This document shows, piece after piece, positions 1 to 15,700 of a stretch of DNA of 64,000 nucleotides. The notes under the pieces were generated by a model that saw only the letters and a list, made by a program, of their open reading frames with translations, made no database searches and was not told the DNA's origin. The stretch lies in NCBI GenBank assembly GCA_964035545.1, contig OZ037767.1:4914707-4978706 (forward strand). The letters run 5' to 3'. Source of the stretch: Bugula neritina (lineage: Eukaryota; Animalia; Bryozoa). Made by a program: the position numbers and the translations under genes. The stretch's first letter is position 1. Each line of letters opens with the position of its first letter.

Positions 1-745
1 AAGGCCTTAATTTGCCATGTTGTATGGCAAAGGTCTCTTACTGACTAACTTATTTGTAATTATTTAAGAACATGAGTCGACCAATCACAGCTGACACGTG
101 CACTTCTCCGATACCACCACCGCTACTTGTAAGATTTTTGTTGTTAGTTCGTTGTTTTAGTCTTCATCAGACATATTTCTACTGTAACATTTTCTTAATT
201 ATATAGTCTGCTATTTCAATTTTCTATGACTATATAATTAAACACTAACAATATTTACAGCTTTTCGTGGAAATTCTTTCTTTTTTTTGTTACTTTGGTA
301 TTGTGTTTTAAAAACATACGAAACAAAGATCGTCTCTAATAAAAAGCAGCCCTGGACTAGATTCTGAGTTTTTAAAATTGTGGGATTAGAAATTTTTACC
401 TGGAGTCCGAAATGTTTATTAGACATTAAATACAGTTACTTTTGATACCTAATTGAGGAATGTGATAAAAGACTTTTACATCTAATTCTCATTGAAAAGA
501 CAACTTCAAACTGAAAAGTTCTACTAGTTACTTTCACCAAGTTTTTCATCTCGTCATAATTTCTCACCTGTCAACATCAATCGAGTGCTTCTCAAGGAAA
601 TAGACTTTAGATGTAAAAAATAATATTATAATCATGATGTGATGAAAGAACGTGCTTAAATGATGCAAAACTAATGTGTGTAAATAAGTTGGAACGTTGT
701 GCACTAACAGTTGGCAGGAGTTAATTTTTCTGTTGCATAATTCAG

Positions 746-3700
746 GAGAAAGAAGAAGGAGAAAATGCGCTGAAAAGACAGGCGCAGGTGTTGGCCGCCA
801 ACAAGTCTCCCACTCCAGATCCCACACCTACACCTGATAAAGCATCTGTTCCTTCCCGAGGTGACCTCACTCCTGAGGTGGAGGTAACTCCTGACGAAGA
901 GTTGCTGCAGCAGACGGATGATGCAAAGGTAAGACAACTACTAACAGAATGGTGTGTTCTTAGAAAACTGCAAATTAGATCTTTACACTAGGGGCTTTAT
1001 TTTGTCCAATGAGCTGTCTATTAGCTTAGAAATTTATATTCTTATTTCTTTCATTAGTGGAGCTTGTTTTAACTAGCATTGGTTCTTTACAAATACTCTT
1101 TGAAATGTAAATCAATGTAACTAATTGTACAAATTATTATTTGGACATTTTGCTTGCCATATTTTTTCACTTCTGTATATTATTTGCTGCAATGTATCTT
1201 TTTCTTCTCCTATGAATGTTGCTTTCAAATGCTAGCCCTTATTCTTGCTTGCTGTATAAATGACAGAGCTTAAGGCAGGAGTCTGAGGCGTCCCCTACCG
1301 TGCCTCTCATGCAGGTGATGGGGTCTAATGGGGTGATAGATCAAACAGACTTTGTTGATCCGTCTCCCAAAGTTGAGACTTATGATCCTAGTCTAGAATT
1401 TGATCATATCACGCCTCTAAGATCTCAGGCTACACCTTTAGTGTCTGAGGCTACGCCTGGTAAAACTGATGAAGAGGTATTTTTGCACAGAGTGGTTGTT
1501 TCCAAAATCAAAACTTTATAGCTGTACTATTGAAGTCACAGTTTAGTGTCCTAATCGCACGCCAATACCTACACTTTGTTATAATACACAGTCTACTCAT
1601 TGTGTTTAACAAGCACCACATATTCACATTCACATATTCTACTAACAGATGTGTATGCTATTTCCTATACTGTACATTGTCATGTTAGAGTTGTCCATTC
1701 TCTTTTCATTCCGCATTACTTCCTTGCTACTTCTTTTTGTATGTTATATGATAAGTCCTAGTCAGCCTCTAAACATAAACAAAATGCTGCATTTCCTTGT
1801 AAATAGTGGATCATTATAACTGTAACATATATCATGTTGAATATGGTTATACACTCTAAATTATATGTTTACTTTGATTTTTAGGCAGAGTTGAAGAGTC
1901 GAGATGGCCAGGTAAGAAAATAGTTGAATATAATAAATTATTAAACTTGTTAAATTGTTGAGCTCTCAGTATTTACAATTAATTATAACTTTACTCTTTG
2001 GAAAATGCATCAAACTTCATGTCATCTGCTTTTAAACAATTATTTAGTTCAGATTGTAAAAGAGTTGTCTTCTTTTTAAAGTATCTGATCTGCAATAATA
2101 ACTATTATTGTACTGGTGAAACGCAGGCAGTTATTTCTAGTTGGTTCTAAAATTTTATTTGAAATGCAAATATTCTTGTAAATTAGACACTAATTACAGT
2201 GCATTAACCTTTTTTCTGTTTTAGATGTGTGTTTTATAGACTGTGAAGTGCTAATTTTTCAAATTTACTATTTTAAGTAATATGTATAGTCTGCTTGATA
2301 TTTTGTACAATATCTAATTAGGATGACTTTTAGAATTTATAGATATTTGTTTGCTGCATTTCTTTTGCTAAATATTTTCTACAGTCGGCAGCGTCAACTA
2401 GTAGAAAAGGTCGAAGGTCAGTAACATTTAATGAGGATGTTTCCGACATCAAGCGATTATCTTCTCGGGAGTCGTCTGTTTTATCAAATCGACATCAGAT
2501 TTTTGAGCGAGTGATTTCGAACATCAAAAACATGATGGCCGAGGACAGCTTGGATGTGGTTCAGCAGAATGCGCTGGCTTTACTCCGGAAATCTTTCAGT
2601 GCAGACGTAGAGGAAGTGGAGAGTGGTGAGCACTCGCTTGCCATGTTCAGTTTGGCCTCCCAGATCTCTGCCGAGTCGGTTTACCTGGGCTATAAGCCAG
2701 ATAGTCTGTTCTCTACTATTCTCTCGATGTACTACCGGGCCGTGGAAGAGTATAGCCTCAGTACCAGCAAGCCGTCTGCGGATGATGACTCATCCGGTCC
2801 CGTTATTAGCGATCTGACTAAACTGTTGGCTGCAGAACACGCAAAGTCTCCTGGAGTTGTCTTCAAGGTTTGTTAGTGTTTCCGTGGAGATGCTGTCACG
2901 GTCTGCTTTGTGTCTTCCTTCTTCGGTTCACATAAATGTATTAGTTTGCCGTTTTGTGATCTTTTGTTGTATTTGTTGTGCTTATGGTGAATTATGTTTG
3001 GGAAGTTTTGTGGCCTGTGTTCTTGTGTTATTTATGTTGTCTTGTCTGGTTGTCTAGTCTGACGCCCCGCAGCGTTTCTCTCCAGAATTTGATGAAACGG
3101 ACTCGGCTAAAGTTCGGTTCGCGTCTGCAAGCGAATCACTTCCTCCCAAGACCTCTACAACTAATAGTTCTGCAACTGCTCAAAGGACTCCTGCAGAGTC
3201 CGAACTTGAGGTAGAGGTCGTGTTACGCTTCCTCTAACAGCTGACTCAAAGCTTGAGTGAAGATAAACTCGTCTACATCTTGAGTGTGTTTGAACTACAA
3301 AGCAGCAAACTCATTGCAGTCGCTAGCAGCTTTGCACGAAATAATCTTACAGTGTGTTTTAGCAAATTAAACGGTCATATGGCATACCAACGTTACATGC
3401 TCAACACATTATGCTAAGTAACGGCAGCGTGACTTGGTGTATATGTGACTTTATAACAGCTTCGTGTGACTAACATTTAAATAAAGCAGTGTAACATATT
3501 GTATATCAGATTTCAGTTCTAGTGTGCATATAACTGTAGATTTGTTGTTTGTGGAAATATTTTTATCCTTATATGTTGAGGTTTTGTGTGTTTTGCTTTA
3601 TGCTTTGTCTAAAATAGGCATACCCTCATATGCTCTGTTTGCTGTGCTCATTTGTTTTATTGCAAATTAAAATTTTAATTTTAATCTACTAGTTCAGTTT

Positions 3701-6700
3701 GATACTAATGTAAACAAATTTTATTTTACTAAAGCAAAAAATGTCATTAGGTTTTCAATTCTCAAAAGCCATAGGAATAGCAAAAGTTGCATATTATTGC
3801 CTATACTCATTTTTCATAATGACACTAACAATACTTTAGCAAAACTTGAACTTGTGGCTATAAACAGTAATAGTTTGAGATATTTAGAGTAATACTTTTG
3901 CTTCTAGAATGACAAAGCTGAGAGTGGTAGATCTACGCCCCACTCTCGCTTCTCCAATAGGTTTAGAACTAACTTAGAAATAACTAAACAGACAATGGCT
4001 GAGAGAAGATCTACCAGCCCCCGGATTGTTGTGCCGGACAAAGCCAGCTTTGAAGATGCCGAACTAGATGAAAATGCAGAGTTGGATTTTGACGAGCCAA
4101 GTAAGGAGTTTATAAATAATCAGAAAAGCTAAAAACAATGGTTGATGTTTGGGGAGGGGGGCATGTCGCACCTCTTCGTATCTTATAGCTAATCACTGGC
4201 TATAGGAATTTTGTGAACCAGGCTAGTTGGTAAATTGCTAGAAGCAGCACCAAGTTGGTGGTTACAGAAAGCATGAGTTCAGGGGGGGGGGGGTGAGTTT
4301 GAAGTTTGAGCAATGATGTGTATACAAATACTGTACTCAATAACCCCAATTTAGTGCTGCTTCTAGCAATATTCAGCTAGTTATGGTTAAAAGTTGTTCA
4401 TTTCTTGCATTTACAACTAACATGAAGTAGTGGCTATCTTTTAAAAGTCAACATTCGGACACCAGTTTGTTTGTTTTTATATAATGTTTGTTTACAGTGT
4501 TGTTGTAATTATGTTGGTTGAATCACATTCTAAAACTACATTGTAGAAATGAACAGAAGTACGTCTATAGGCAGCAGTTTGAATGCAGTGGCAGCAGATA
4601 GTGGATCTGTGGCTAAGTCTGCTGCCAGAAGTGGAACTCAGACTGGGTTCAGTAGTTCCAAGACAGCATATTCTTCTGTTGACCCTTCAGTTCCCGGAGC
4701 ACAAACCATGGTCTGTTGAAAACTAAGTTTGCTAATCTGGTTTTGAGATAGGCTGCTACTACAAGCAGTAATGTATCAGTTGTATTGTTGTGTAGGTAGT
4801 TTAGATGTGTAGGTAGTTTAGATGTGTAGGTAGTTTAGATGTGTAGGTAGTTCAAATATATCAACAATGCACATAAATAGGTAAACATACCTCTAAGTAG
4901 AACAGAATGTGTAGGTAAAAGGACAACCTGTAACAGCAAAGATGTAGGAGCTACTAACATGTTGGTAGAGCAAATGTATATACCGCGTAGGTGTATAGGT
5001 AATGAAAATGCTATAAGTTACTACAATTGTATAGTTAATGCAGATGTGTAAAAGATGCCAACTATAGGTGATACATGTGTCAATAGTCATAGTACAGGAC
5101 CAGTTGTAATGGGCAATAAAATAGAGTGCAATGGAAACTGTGTAACCCAACTATATTCTATTCAAATTAAGATTACATTGCAAATCTTGAAATACACAAA
5201 AGACTTGCAAAATATACTCAGCTGTATTCCCTCAAATGATTTGAAAAAAATTTAGTCCTGCAGCATAACTATATTTTACAGTAGCAAAATTTCATGAAAA
5301 AATATAAATTAAAAATAAGTAATTTGTTTTAAAAACATGTGTTGCTACTAGACAAAACCTGGTTGCAAACACGCTAGATGACAGCCCAATGGTTGGATAT
5401 TATTTTCTATCTGTCTATGTATCCTTGTTAGACACCGCATGCTCCAAGTCTGTATGAGAAAGGGACGTCTATAACCCCCCTCTCTGTAGCTGATAGACCC
5501 ACCAGCTACTCTGTGACCAGATCTCCTGGAGAACTTGTGTCTAGGTAAGCATATACTGTCTCTTATTGGACAAACAACTCCTAATTTTTTCACGTATCAA
5601 TGATACTGCTGTATATAATTCAAATTAAGGCAGTTATTTCTATACCGTAAAAAAACTTACTTAAAGTATCCTAACATATTTGTACCTGCAACATGTTTTA
5701 CCTGCATAGCCTTAGTAACATTATCTCTGAGAACAACGAGGATGATGTCCCGCCAAGGTATAGTCTGTACAATGTTTATCGGTTCACCTGTTGACATCAA
5801 TGTATTTAGTTCTCTAACAAACGTTAATGCTTTACATTTGTTTAAAGTTACTTTTAAATTGATTAAGACATGTAACATTATACCCTCAGTTTCTTCATGT
5901 GCTAAATTATATATCTACGCATGTACATATATAGTTGTTTGTGTGATACAGAAATGTCTTTATGTTATAACGGGAAGAGTGTCGGCTTTTATACTAACAA
6001 TCATTTGAAACTTTGATCTGAAGTGTATTTTTTAGTAGTATATATTATGTTTGTCTATAAATTAAGCTGTGAGCACCATGGTAATGTTTGTAGTAAATTT
6101 GTATTGAAACTTATATGTAACAAGTATTGATGTTAATGGAGCCTTCATCTTTGAGAGAGAGTAAAGTTCAGTCTTGTATTACAGTGAAGCTGCTACACAT
6201 TTCCCTGGTGAACCACTTGTTACAGAGTACCTGAAGTTGTACAGCTCTGTTCTGGCTTTTAAAGACGGTTTGGCCAAGATACTGTTAGATAAAGGTATAG
6301 CACCTTGTCTTCACTTCTGTCATATGTATTATATATATAAGGCCGGTGACATTTAGATATAACCATGCAAGCAACAATCTTTTATCTTAATGTAATCTAT
6401 AAACCAATAAATTCAATGCCAATTTCAACCTTTGGTTATTTCCCTGTGCATTCAGGGCATAACGTTGAGAATAGTTGTCAATTTTTGTAAAACTTTAACC
6501 TAAAAAATAAACAAATTTAGGCATATAATAATGCAATAGTGGATGATGGCAAAGCACTTTAATAAGCAACCTGACAACTGTATTACGTAGAGTTACTGAA
6601 TAAACTAAATGTAGTTATCATGTTATAACAAACTATTAGTTCAGCCGGGAGTTGCTTTCTTTATCATAAAAATCCATTGCGAGTTTAATCTTTACCAGAT

Positions 6701-9700
6701 ATGATGTCATCTAGCCAAGTGTTGTCGGAACTTGAAGCTAAACACGTCGACATTTCTCGACCAATCATTCCTCAGATTGAGGAGCTGAACCAATCATGTG
6801 CTCAGTTACTTGACGACTGCGGACTAGTTGTTTCGGATGCTCTCACAGCTGCTTTCAGAGAGGTACGACCAATCATAGACTATGTTTCAATTTGAATCAA
6901 TCCAATAGGCTAACTTCTGCCTCAGTTTAATGCATTAGAATCTAAACTAATTTCTTTTAAATGTCATCCCATGGTTTATATTTGTTTATACAACTAGAGT
7001 AAAATTAATTACTTTAAACTGCAATGCTTTTTATTGTACTGTTGTATATAATCACTGCAATAGGCTATTAGTTTGAGACCAGATCCCTTATACTGATATA
7101 TAACATGTAGTTGAACTGTATTTGAGAAGTTGTATTGAAGTTTAAAGTTCAGTATTTATCCAGTGTGATATTTAACATAATATGTACAGGGAGTGAACGC
7201 AGCAAGGGTGCACCCTGCTCAATTGAGCATGGCACTAAAGAAATGGGTGAGAGTTTTCTCCACATGCTGAAGCTTGTTATTGGTTTATTCAAATCGAACT
7301 AATTTACAGCATTTGCTAAAAGTGGTCGCTGCCACAACATGAACTTGGAAATTTTGTACTATTTGTCTGTTCAGTGTAATATGGACGACTAGCAAAGTCT
7401 AGATTCTAGAAGTTTCTGCTGCTTTTGTCTAAACCAATACACAAACTTCATAACCCCTTTTTATAGAATTCATTGTTTTGCTATTTTTCCTATGAAATCG
7501 CTGATGCATATTTCAACTTGCTTTTTTCTCTGAAACAGGATGTATTCTTGAATGTATATTTCCATACATTGCTCCTCTTGGAACCACATTTTTAGACAAT
7601 TGGCTTTTGAACTGCTAGTCAGATTATTATCAAGTTTAATAATTTTAAATATGTCTTATAGAGTGAATAATGGACAAGTTACAGACATATTCGCTTATTT
7701 CAACTCGTTGCTTGCAGCAAAATATTATGCCACACCCCTATCCTTCTTGGTTATATTACTGCTTACATTTTATCATTTACCACAACAAGCTCTGGATTGA
7801 TTTCTCACCAAAATTTATATTTGTTCAACTTCTATCAGAGATACATTGTTATTGTATTCTTCAGGTTATTGCATGGAATTTTATAGTTTATATTGCTGAT
7901 AGTATACACATGATCTGGTGGTTACTGCATTTTCCTAATCAATCTTTTCACTTATCAAATCTCTACATAGTTTTTTTTCTGGAATTTTCCACACACGTCT
8001 CAGTCAGACATGGAATTTGTTATTGAAACAAACTCACTTTTGAGATATTAATGTTGAATTTTATTGTTTTGAAGATACAAAAGTTTTATTCTCTTTGTGA
8101 AAATTGATCCAATTTTTTAAAATTAGTACTACAAAGTAACAGACATAGAATTACTTTAAAAAATCCTGTTTGTAGTTCCATTCATAAAAATATCTTGTCT
8201 ATATTACATTTCTACTACTGGGATTTTAGCTAAATTATTGTCATTTTTTATTAACAAACCATTTGGTTTTTTCCATGTAACGGATTGATACATAACATAC
8301 GCTACTAATATTTATCTATATTTTAAAACTAAGCTAAATTACTATTCTAAATTATTCTTGCAGCTTTGGGTAACAATTACTTACAATGCTCAACATCCTT
8401 TACTTTTACCTGCTAGTTTGGTATTTCTAGGACTATAACGTATCATCAGTAGTGTCTGGCGTCACTTCTTACGTGGGTGGAATCAGGTCAAGGTCAGGAA
8501 GTTACGGAATGGCTCCCGCCCCGCCCACTACCAGCCCGTCAAACAAACGGAAGCTCTCTCCTGGTATTAAGAACACAACTCCACTCAGTGTTGCCCGTCA
8601 CACACCCGCTGACACAGCCAGCTTCTCTGAGCTGCAGCAGACTCTACGCAAACTGTAAGCTGGTTTCTTATTGGTTGTTACAATAAAGAGGTCAATATTT
8701 GAGTTAACTTGTTATAATGTAAGGTTCAACAACTCCCATGTGGGTATGCTTGCTCAGGCTGGCTGCACAGTAGCTTAGGAAAAGGCACATTGTTTACATT
8801 TACAAACATCATGTGTTTGCAAGTTATATGTAGTGTTCTAAGATTTCTATTCATGAGTATTTTTGTGCGCAGCTGTTAAAAACATGTCTAAGAGGACTTG
8901 TTGGATTATGACTGCTGATTGCTTCGGCAAATTTTTAATATAAAGTAAGAAATGGAAATAAAATTTTTAAAATCATAATTTTGTTGGTTGGTTTTAAAAC
9001 CTTTTCATAATGCTTTTAGTGTAATGCTGTGTTGTATTTTATACTAAAGTTATCTGGGGTTTTTTTCAGCACACACAAAATAGTACATTTATTTTGAAAA
9101 TTTTTTCTAATTTATGTAAGACTCAAGAAGCATTTTCACATACCTGCATAAGCATGTCTCTAATAATCAAAAGTACATTTTTAAATCCTTCTAGACAAGA
9201 AGATTTCGATGTTGAAGTACAAAATCATCAGGATGATGTCAAGTGAGTGTTTCATGTGCCCTTAAATCTATATCTCTATGGCTAAATTTTTTTAATACAT
9301 TTTATTTTCTGTCATTCAAAAATAAACAATAGCCACTATGTTATACTCATTATATATTTAGTTTTACTCATTATACTGTCTACTCTATATTCAAGTCATT
9401 ACACTGTCTACTCTATTCTCAAGTCATTACACTGTCTACTCTATATTCAAGTCATTACACTGTCTACTCTATATTCAAGTTATTACATTGTCTACTCTAT
9501 ATTCAAGTCATTACACTGTCTACTCTATATTCAAGTCATTACACTGTCTACTCTATATTCAAGTCAATACACTGTCTACTCTATATTCAAGTCATTACAT
9601 TGTCTACTCTATATTCAAGTCATTACACTGCCTACTCTATATTCAAGTCATTACACTGTCTACTCTATATTCAAGTCATTACACTGTCTACTCTATATTC

Positions 9701-12700
9701 AAGTCATTACACTGTCTACTCTATATTCAAGTCATTACACTGCCTACTCTATATTCAAGTCATTACACTGTCTACTCTATACTCAAGTCATTACACTGCC
9801 TACTCTATATTCAAGTCATTACACTGTCTACTCTATATTCAAGTCATTACACTGTCTACTCTATATTCAAGTCATTACATTGTCTACTCTATACTCAAGT
9901 CATTACACTGTCTACTCTATATTCAAGTCATTACACTGTCTACTCTATACTCAAGTCATTACACTGCCTACTCTATATTCAAGTCATTACACTGTCTACT
10001 CTATATTCAAGTCATTACACTGTCTACTCTACATTCAAGTCATGACACTGTCTACTATATATTTTCAGTCATAACACAGCCATGGTGATGGAGCTACAGG
10101 ACACTGTTGCAGAACTGAGAAGAGAGCTGGCGATAGTGAAGGAGCAGGCTGAAGCAAGAGAGTCTGCAGAGCAAGCTAGTGTATGTCTAAGTGGTGGTTG
10201 TGGTGGTGGTTGTGGTGGTGGTGGTGGCAGAGGTGGTGGTGGCAGAGGTGGTGGTGGCAGAGGTGGTGGTGGTATAACTATAGTTTAATGTAATAGTAAA
10301 ACTTGTCGGAGTGTATAGAAAGTTTTATTATAAATTTTCATATATTTATTTTATTTCCCACTCACGTATAGCAAGTTGACTTTATTTTGAAATTTTAAAT
10401 TGTTTTTTATGTTGTATTAAATTGTTGACCTTTTGTCCATAAGAATATAGCTTTTCACATTCAATGGAATCTTTTGTCGAATTGGCAGCACTTAGCAGCA
10501 AGAATTTGACACTTTTAGTTTAAATGCTATTATGTTGGTTCATGGGGCAGTCAAGGTTTACTAACACAATAATTCATCTGTTATACATAGCTGTAATGTG
10601 AAATTATATCTACTTAAAGACTGAAGTGTGTAAACTTTTAATACTATACAAATACATTGGCCAACCTTTGTTATTGGTGATTGAATGCAATCAATTAGTG
10701 CCTTATTAGTATTATAATATTCCATCCAGGATCAGGACTCGTCTATAATGTTCACTCGTTTGGATGCTGAGAGAAATGCAAAGAATCTGAAAAGAGCCGT
10801 TAACAATAACAAACTGACAGAAGAGCAGTACAACGAGGCTGTCGACAAAATGGACGAGTACGTGTCACTTCCTGCTAGGAGACTGTCGGAACTCGTGAGA
10901 AAGTTTGTTCACCACAAGAATATGATGCGGATAGAAGGTAGGCTGGAGGATAGCTGTCAGCTGCAACTCTGTGTTTCAATAAACATTCATTTTAGTAAAA
11001 GCAGTGAAGTAAAATTTTGTATATCCAAGCTGGAGGTTGACCTAATTAGGATTTAAAAAGTGTAGAGGATGATATCATTTTCTGTGATCCTGTGTTTGAA
11101 GCGCCACTAAATATTCATTACTTAAACATGGATGTACAATATTTTGACATTTCTCTTTCTTTTCTCAATGAAGTCTACTGAAGATTTTAGTTAAAAACAA
11201 AGGCTTCCGATTTAAGTTGCGTTTATACCTTCACGATTTTCGATCAAAATTTCAATTTGGCCGGGTTGAAATTTCTCCGAGTTGCATTGCATTGTAAAAG
11301 CCACTCGTTGAAATTTTTGTACTGTGATAACTTAATCGGCCAATTTTGGAATAGGAGTAATAACTCCTTGTAAACATCGTTATTTAGTTATTACTTTGGC
11401 GATTATACAACGTACTTATACGGTTATAATTATATAGCCTGCGCTTTCTCAATTATCGCTTTTATGCTTTCCGCTTCACTAATTCACGACATTTACAAAG
11501 GGCATCAAATAGCTATTATGCGAGTCAAATTTCAATTTCAGAAAGTGAGCAACCGCATCAATATGATTTCAACGAGTTTAAGTTTGACTATAAAGGGCTA
11601 CCCAGAAAAGCGTTAGTAACCTAAACTCGGTACTTTTTTCAGCAGAGGTATAAACGCAACTTTACAGTAAATCAGTCTTAAAAATGTAGTTGCACTTTCA
11701 CCAATAATCACAATTTTATTATAGTACAAGGATCATTTAAACTTAAGTCTCATTCACATACACTACTAGTATAATATTAAGGCTTGTTCGCATCCAACTG
11801 TAATGTTACGTTGATTAACGTATTCTACGATATAACTAAAAGGTAATGACATATTTATATTACTTGTAATTATTTCAGATATTATTAAAAACAGAGAAGA
11901 TTTAGATGAAACCGATGTAGTCATGCTGGAAAAGATGGAAAACCTGCAGAATAAAGTACGACATATACAAGTGCTTTCAGTTTCATTTTTTAATTTATGA
12001 TAACTTTTTTGTAAGAGCTGAAACAATGTGTGCTTGGTAGAACATTACTCATGGATCTATTTTATGTAAAAAATATGTTTAGATGTCAATCGTAATTTTT
12101 TAATTTTGAGACACTAAGTTTTCACTAATGTTGTAATCATCAACTCCTATTTATGGTGAATCGATAATATTTCAGCGAACTCAAAGATGGATGAACAAGA
12201 TGGATGCACTGGCAGAGAAGAGAGCTGAGTTGGCGAATGAACTTATGATGTCTCTTGAAGATTTAGAGCAAGAGTCTGGGATATTTATGATCAAACCAAT
12301 GTTTTCCTACAGAGGGGCCATGTAAGAATACATAACTCCAAATTTGCTGTAGATTTTGGCTCAATAAGCTATAGTAGATGAATTAACTAACATTCTTGTT
12401 GTATGTGACAGTTGAAATAGAGTGTTATCTGTAGTGTGAATCATACATGTAGAATACAAATCTGCATTGGGTATTTTAGAATAGTGAAAAGTTGGTATAT
12501 TATTATCATGGATAATTGTTTTGTCAAATTTACTGTATAGTTCCAATGCAAAATTATATATAATTCATATGTTATGTTTATATAATATTTTAATATAAAT
12601 TTAATAACTCCAGAATACAGCATACAAGTGTATAACCTAAGTGCTGTATTTTGCCGGCTGCATAATTTAATATATTTTTAGCTTTTCAAATGCAAAGCCA

Positions 12701-15700
12701 TTCAGAAGCCAAAAAGTCAAGGAAGGACCAGCTACAAGGATGGGGGTACCTGTACCCTCCCAGCCTGAAGAAGCGCCTAGTGCTAGATTTAATCCTCAGA
12801 CAGCCACAGATGCTCGCTGGGCTACTCTACCAAAGAGAGGTTAGCTGGTACCTTCAGTGTGTTTATACACTCTGCTTGTCAGTTTAGAAATACACTGCAA
12901 TAACATTGCATGTAAAGTTTTTTATTATAAATTGAGTTTTGATATTCTAACTAGGGATTCATTTCAAGAGAAGATAACTTTGCCTCAAAACTTTCTACAA
13001 TATACCTATTACATTAGTGTTACTTGCTTTATAAACTATATCTTGTAACCAACTTTCCAGGTATGATGGCAGGTGAATTTCATTTCACTGCTTTTTATAA
13101 GCAGTCGTATTTTTCTTAAGCTAGTATTTTAATCTAATTTAAAACACAATATGATTTTAATTTTAAGCGTTTGTCCCATATAACTATATTATATAGTATA
13201 TTTTTATTTATGGTAATGATTTTCAACAATCATTCTGATTACTATGTAGATGATGAAAAATTGCTTCTGAAACCCAAAAAGCTGACTAACAGTAATGGTT
13301 GGTATTTTCAGAATTGTGGTTAATGCATAATGCACCATTATAATTATTGAGTAACTGATATTGGTGAAACTCTTTTCTTTGGTTGCATGAAGAATCTATA
13401 AGTTTTCACAGTTTGATTATATTAGTTGTGTGTAACTTCTCACCTGTACTGAAGTATGGCCAATGTGAATATTCACTAAGTTGTAAACTCCGCAATTCTC
13501 CATTTTACCAATTCTAAAGTATTTAATCTAAATACGCAGATATTAAGTTTATTTCTTATTTAGTTTATTCTTACAAAGTTTTGTAGTGGTTTTCCAAGGA
13601 AGTATAACTCTCAACATTGGTATTATTTTTAGTCAACATCATATATGCTCTGTAAAATTTCACTGTAAACTGTAGTGCAGCTGCATTGTTTTGGAGTCTC
13701 ACACTACATAAATTGTACGTGCTGTATGTGGGTTATACGGCAACACCAATTCATGCTTCTGCATATCTGTAGATGTAAATATAATATTACTAGATGTATT
13801 ATTGAGTATGTAATATACCAATATTGCTATTAATATTGAATACTAACTGTTTTATAAATGATATAATAGATATAGCTGGCTCCCTATATTTGTCTGTAGT
13901 CTATGTAAGAATACATAGTAGATGTTATGCATTCTTAGACTTAGCTAAAACAAAGTCCCTTATTGTTACTTGGGTTACTATTGTATAAGGCTGTAATTTG
14001 GGTGAAATCTGAACTTTGAACCCATATGGCAGCTTACAGTAAACAACCTTGGTCTGGTGGTGAGTGAATGAGGGTTCATGTTATGTCATTTTGTAAGCTG
14101 GTGTCAGCAGTAGTTCAAACTACTATGTATCTGTCAGCATCACCTAAACATGCTACTATTGCGTGTAATAATATATACTGTGTGTAGGAGGTAGAGGGAG
14201 AGAAGGGAGAGGCTGTATGTGGGAGGAAAAGGGGAGAGAGTGTAGTGGGGGGAGGGAAGGGAGAGGGTATGTGGGGGTAGAGGCTGTGTGTGGAGGGGAG
14301 AGGGGAGAGAGTGTGTGTGATGGGAAAGAGTGTGGGGGGAGAACGTATGGGAGGAGAGGAGAGAGGAGAGAAGGGGTTATATGTAGTTTGCATACTTACT
14401 GTATATACTTTAGCTAAGTTTGTGTATTGACTGTATATACTTTAGCTGCAGGAACATGGAACTTGGCAAGCTCAATGCCCAGTGCAGATGATGCAGATAT
14501 AAGTACAGTAAACATTCCCAGAATTCTAGAGCTGGATGTTAACAGAATGATGTATGGGCAAAACCAGGTATAAGCTGTTCTTCTCTCCGTCTAGTCATGT
14601 AAAGCTCTTCTGAAAGCACTCAGGTTATAATTAAGAACACCCTTTCCTTATTGGGTTTTTATTTACGAGTCTCGTAACTTTTGTGCACCTGTATGATGCC
14701 AAGTTTATTCTTTTTGTTTTGCAATACAAATTGGTACTAGCTTTTGTGACCTAATTTGTGGTCTACTTTGACTACTTGCTATTTGATACTTGCTGTTAGA
14801 GAAAGATCAGAAATGGAAGCAATAATAGGAAGTACTGATCTGATCACCATGGTGATTATTTTGTTTATTTGTAGGTATCTGTTAAGAGCAGTCCTCTACT
14901 TAGTAATGATAGATTAGTGAATGCTGCCAACTCTAGCACGAGGTCATACGTTACGGTAAACAGGCCGGCAGCCAGCTACACCAGACCGGCATCTAGCGGT
15001 ACGTTGATAACATCACAAGCTATTAATATGTCCACAGGCAGCGTACTATGTCAAATAAAATTGTAAATATTGTTTTTTTCAAAGTTCAATTACATAAAAT
15101 AGTGTCGTATAACTATGAAATTATTCTCTGTTTTTTTGAAAAACTTAAAAATGTCAGACAGTTAAACTCTAGTAACTTTATAATGCTTATTGAAAGATAT
15201 TTTTAAATGTTTCGTTTGCAGCGAACTTGCTGCAAGACACAAGCTAGATACTGCTGCCTAACTGGTTTTCTGTTAGACAGGTTTTTTTTCCCAATAAATC
15301 ATCCAGTTTGATTAGACAAAAACTTAAACAAAGAAAAACTTCACTGGTTATAAAATAAATTCTGTAATCATTGTTTATAAATATTGAAAACCTGCACTCT
15401 CACATTGTATAGTTTTGAACATAGTGAGGGGAGAATATAGGTAAGCACAGTAATAGAGAAAAGCCTGTGTTCTAGATTACAAACGCAACAGACAATTTAA
15501 ATGTAACAAAAATTTTAACCAAAACGTTTAAGAAAACCAAAGAACTCAGACTATAGAAATTTCTCCATTACTTCAGTTAAATGGGAGAATAACTCTACTC
15601 TTCTAAGTGTGTTTTAACCATTCAGTCAAACTAGTTATATCATATTTACTTACATCACTTTTGCCTGGTATGTTTGATTCATAAAAACTGGCAAGGAATG

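Noticed and set aside
9375-10068. CRISPR-like regular array and 160-185 aa repetitive ORFs
   Set aside because: Head-to-tail units with no unique spacers, inside a eukaryotic intron; the ORFs are repeat artefacts.
14115-14417. ORFs over a G/A-rich tract
   Set aside because: Low-complexity purine-rich intron sequence.
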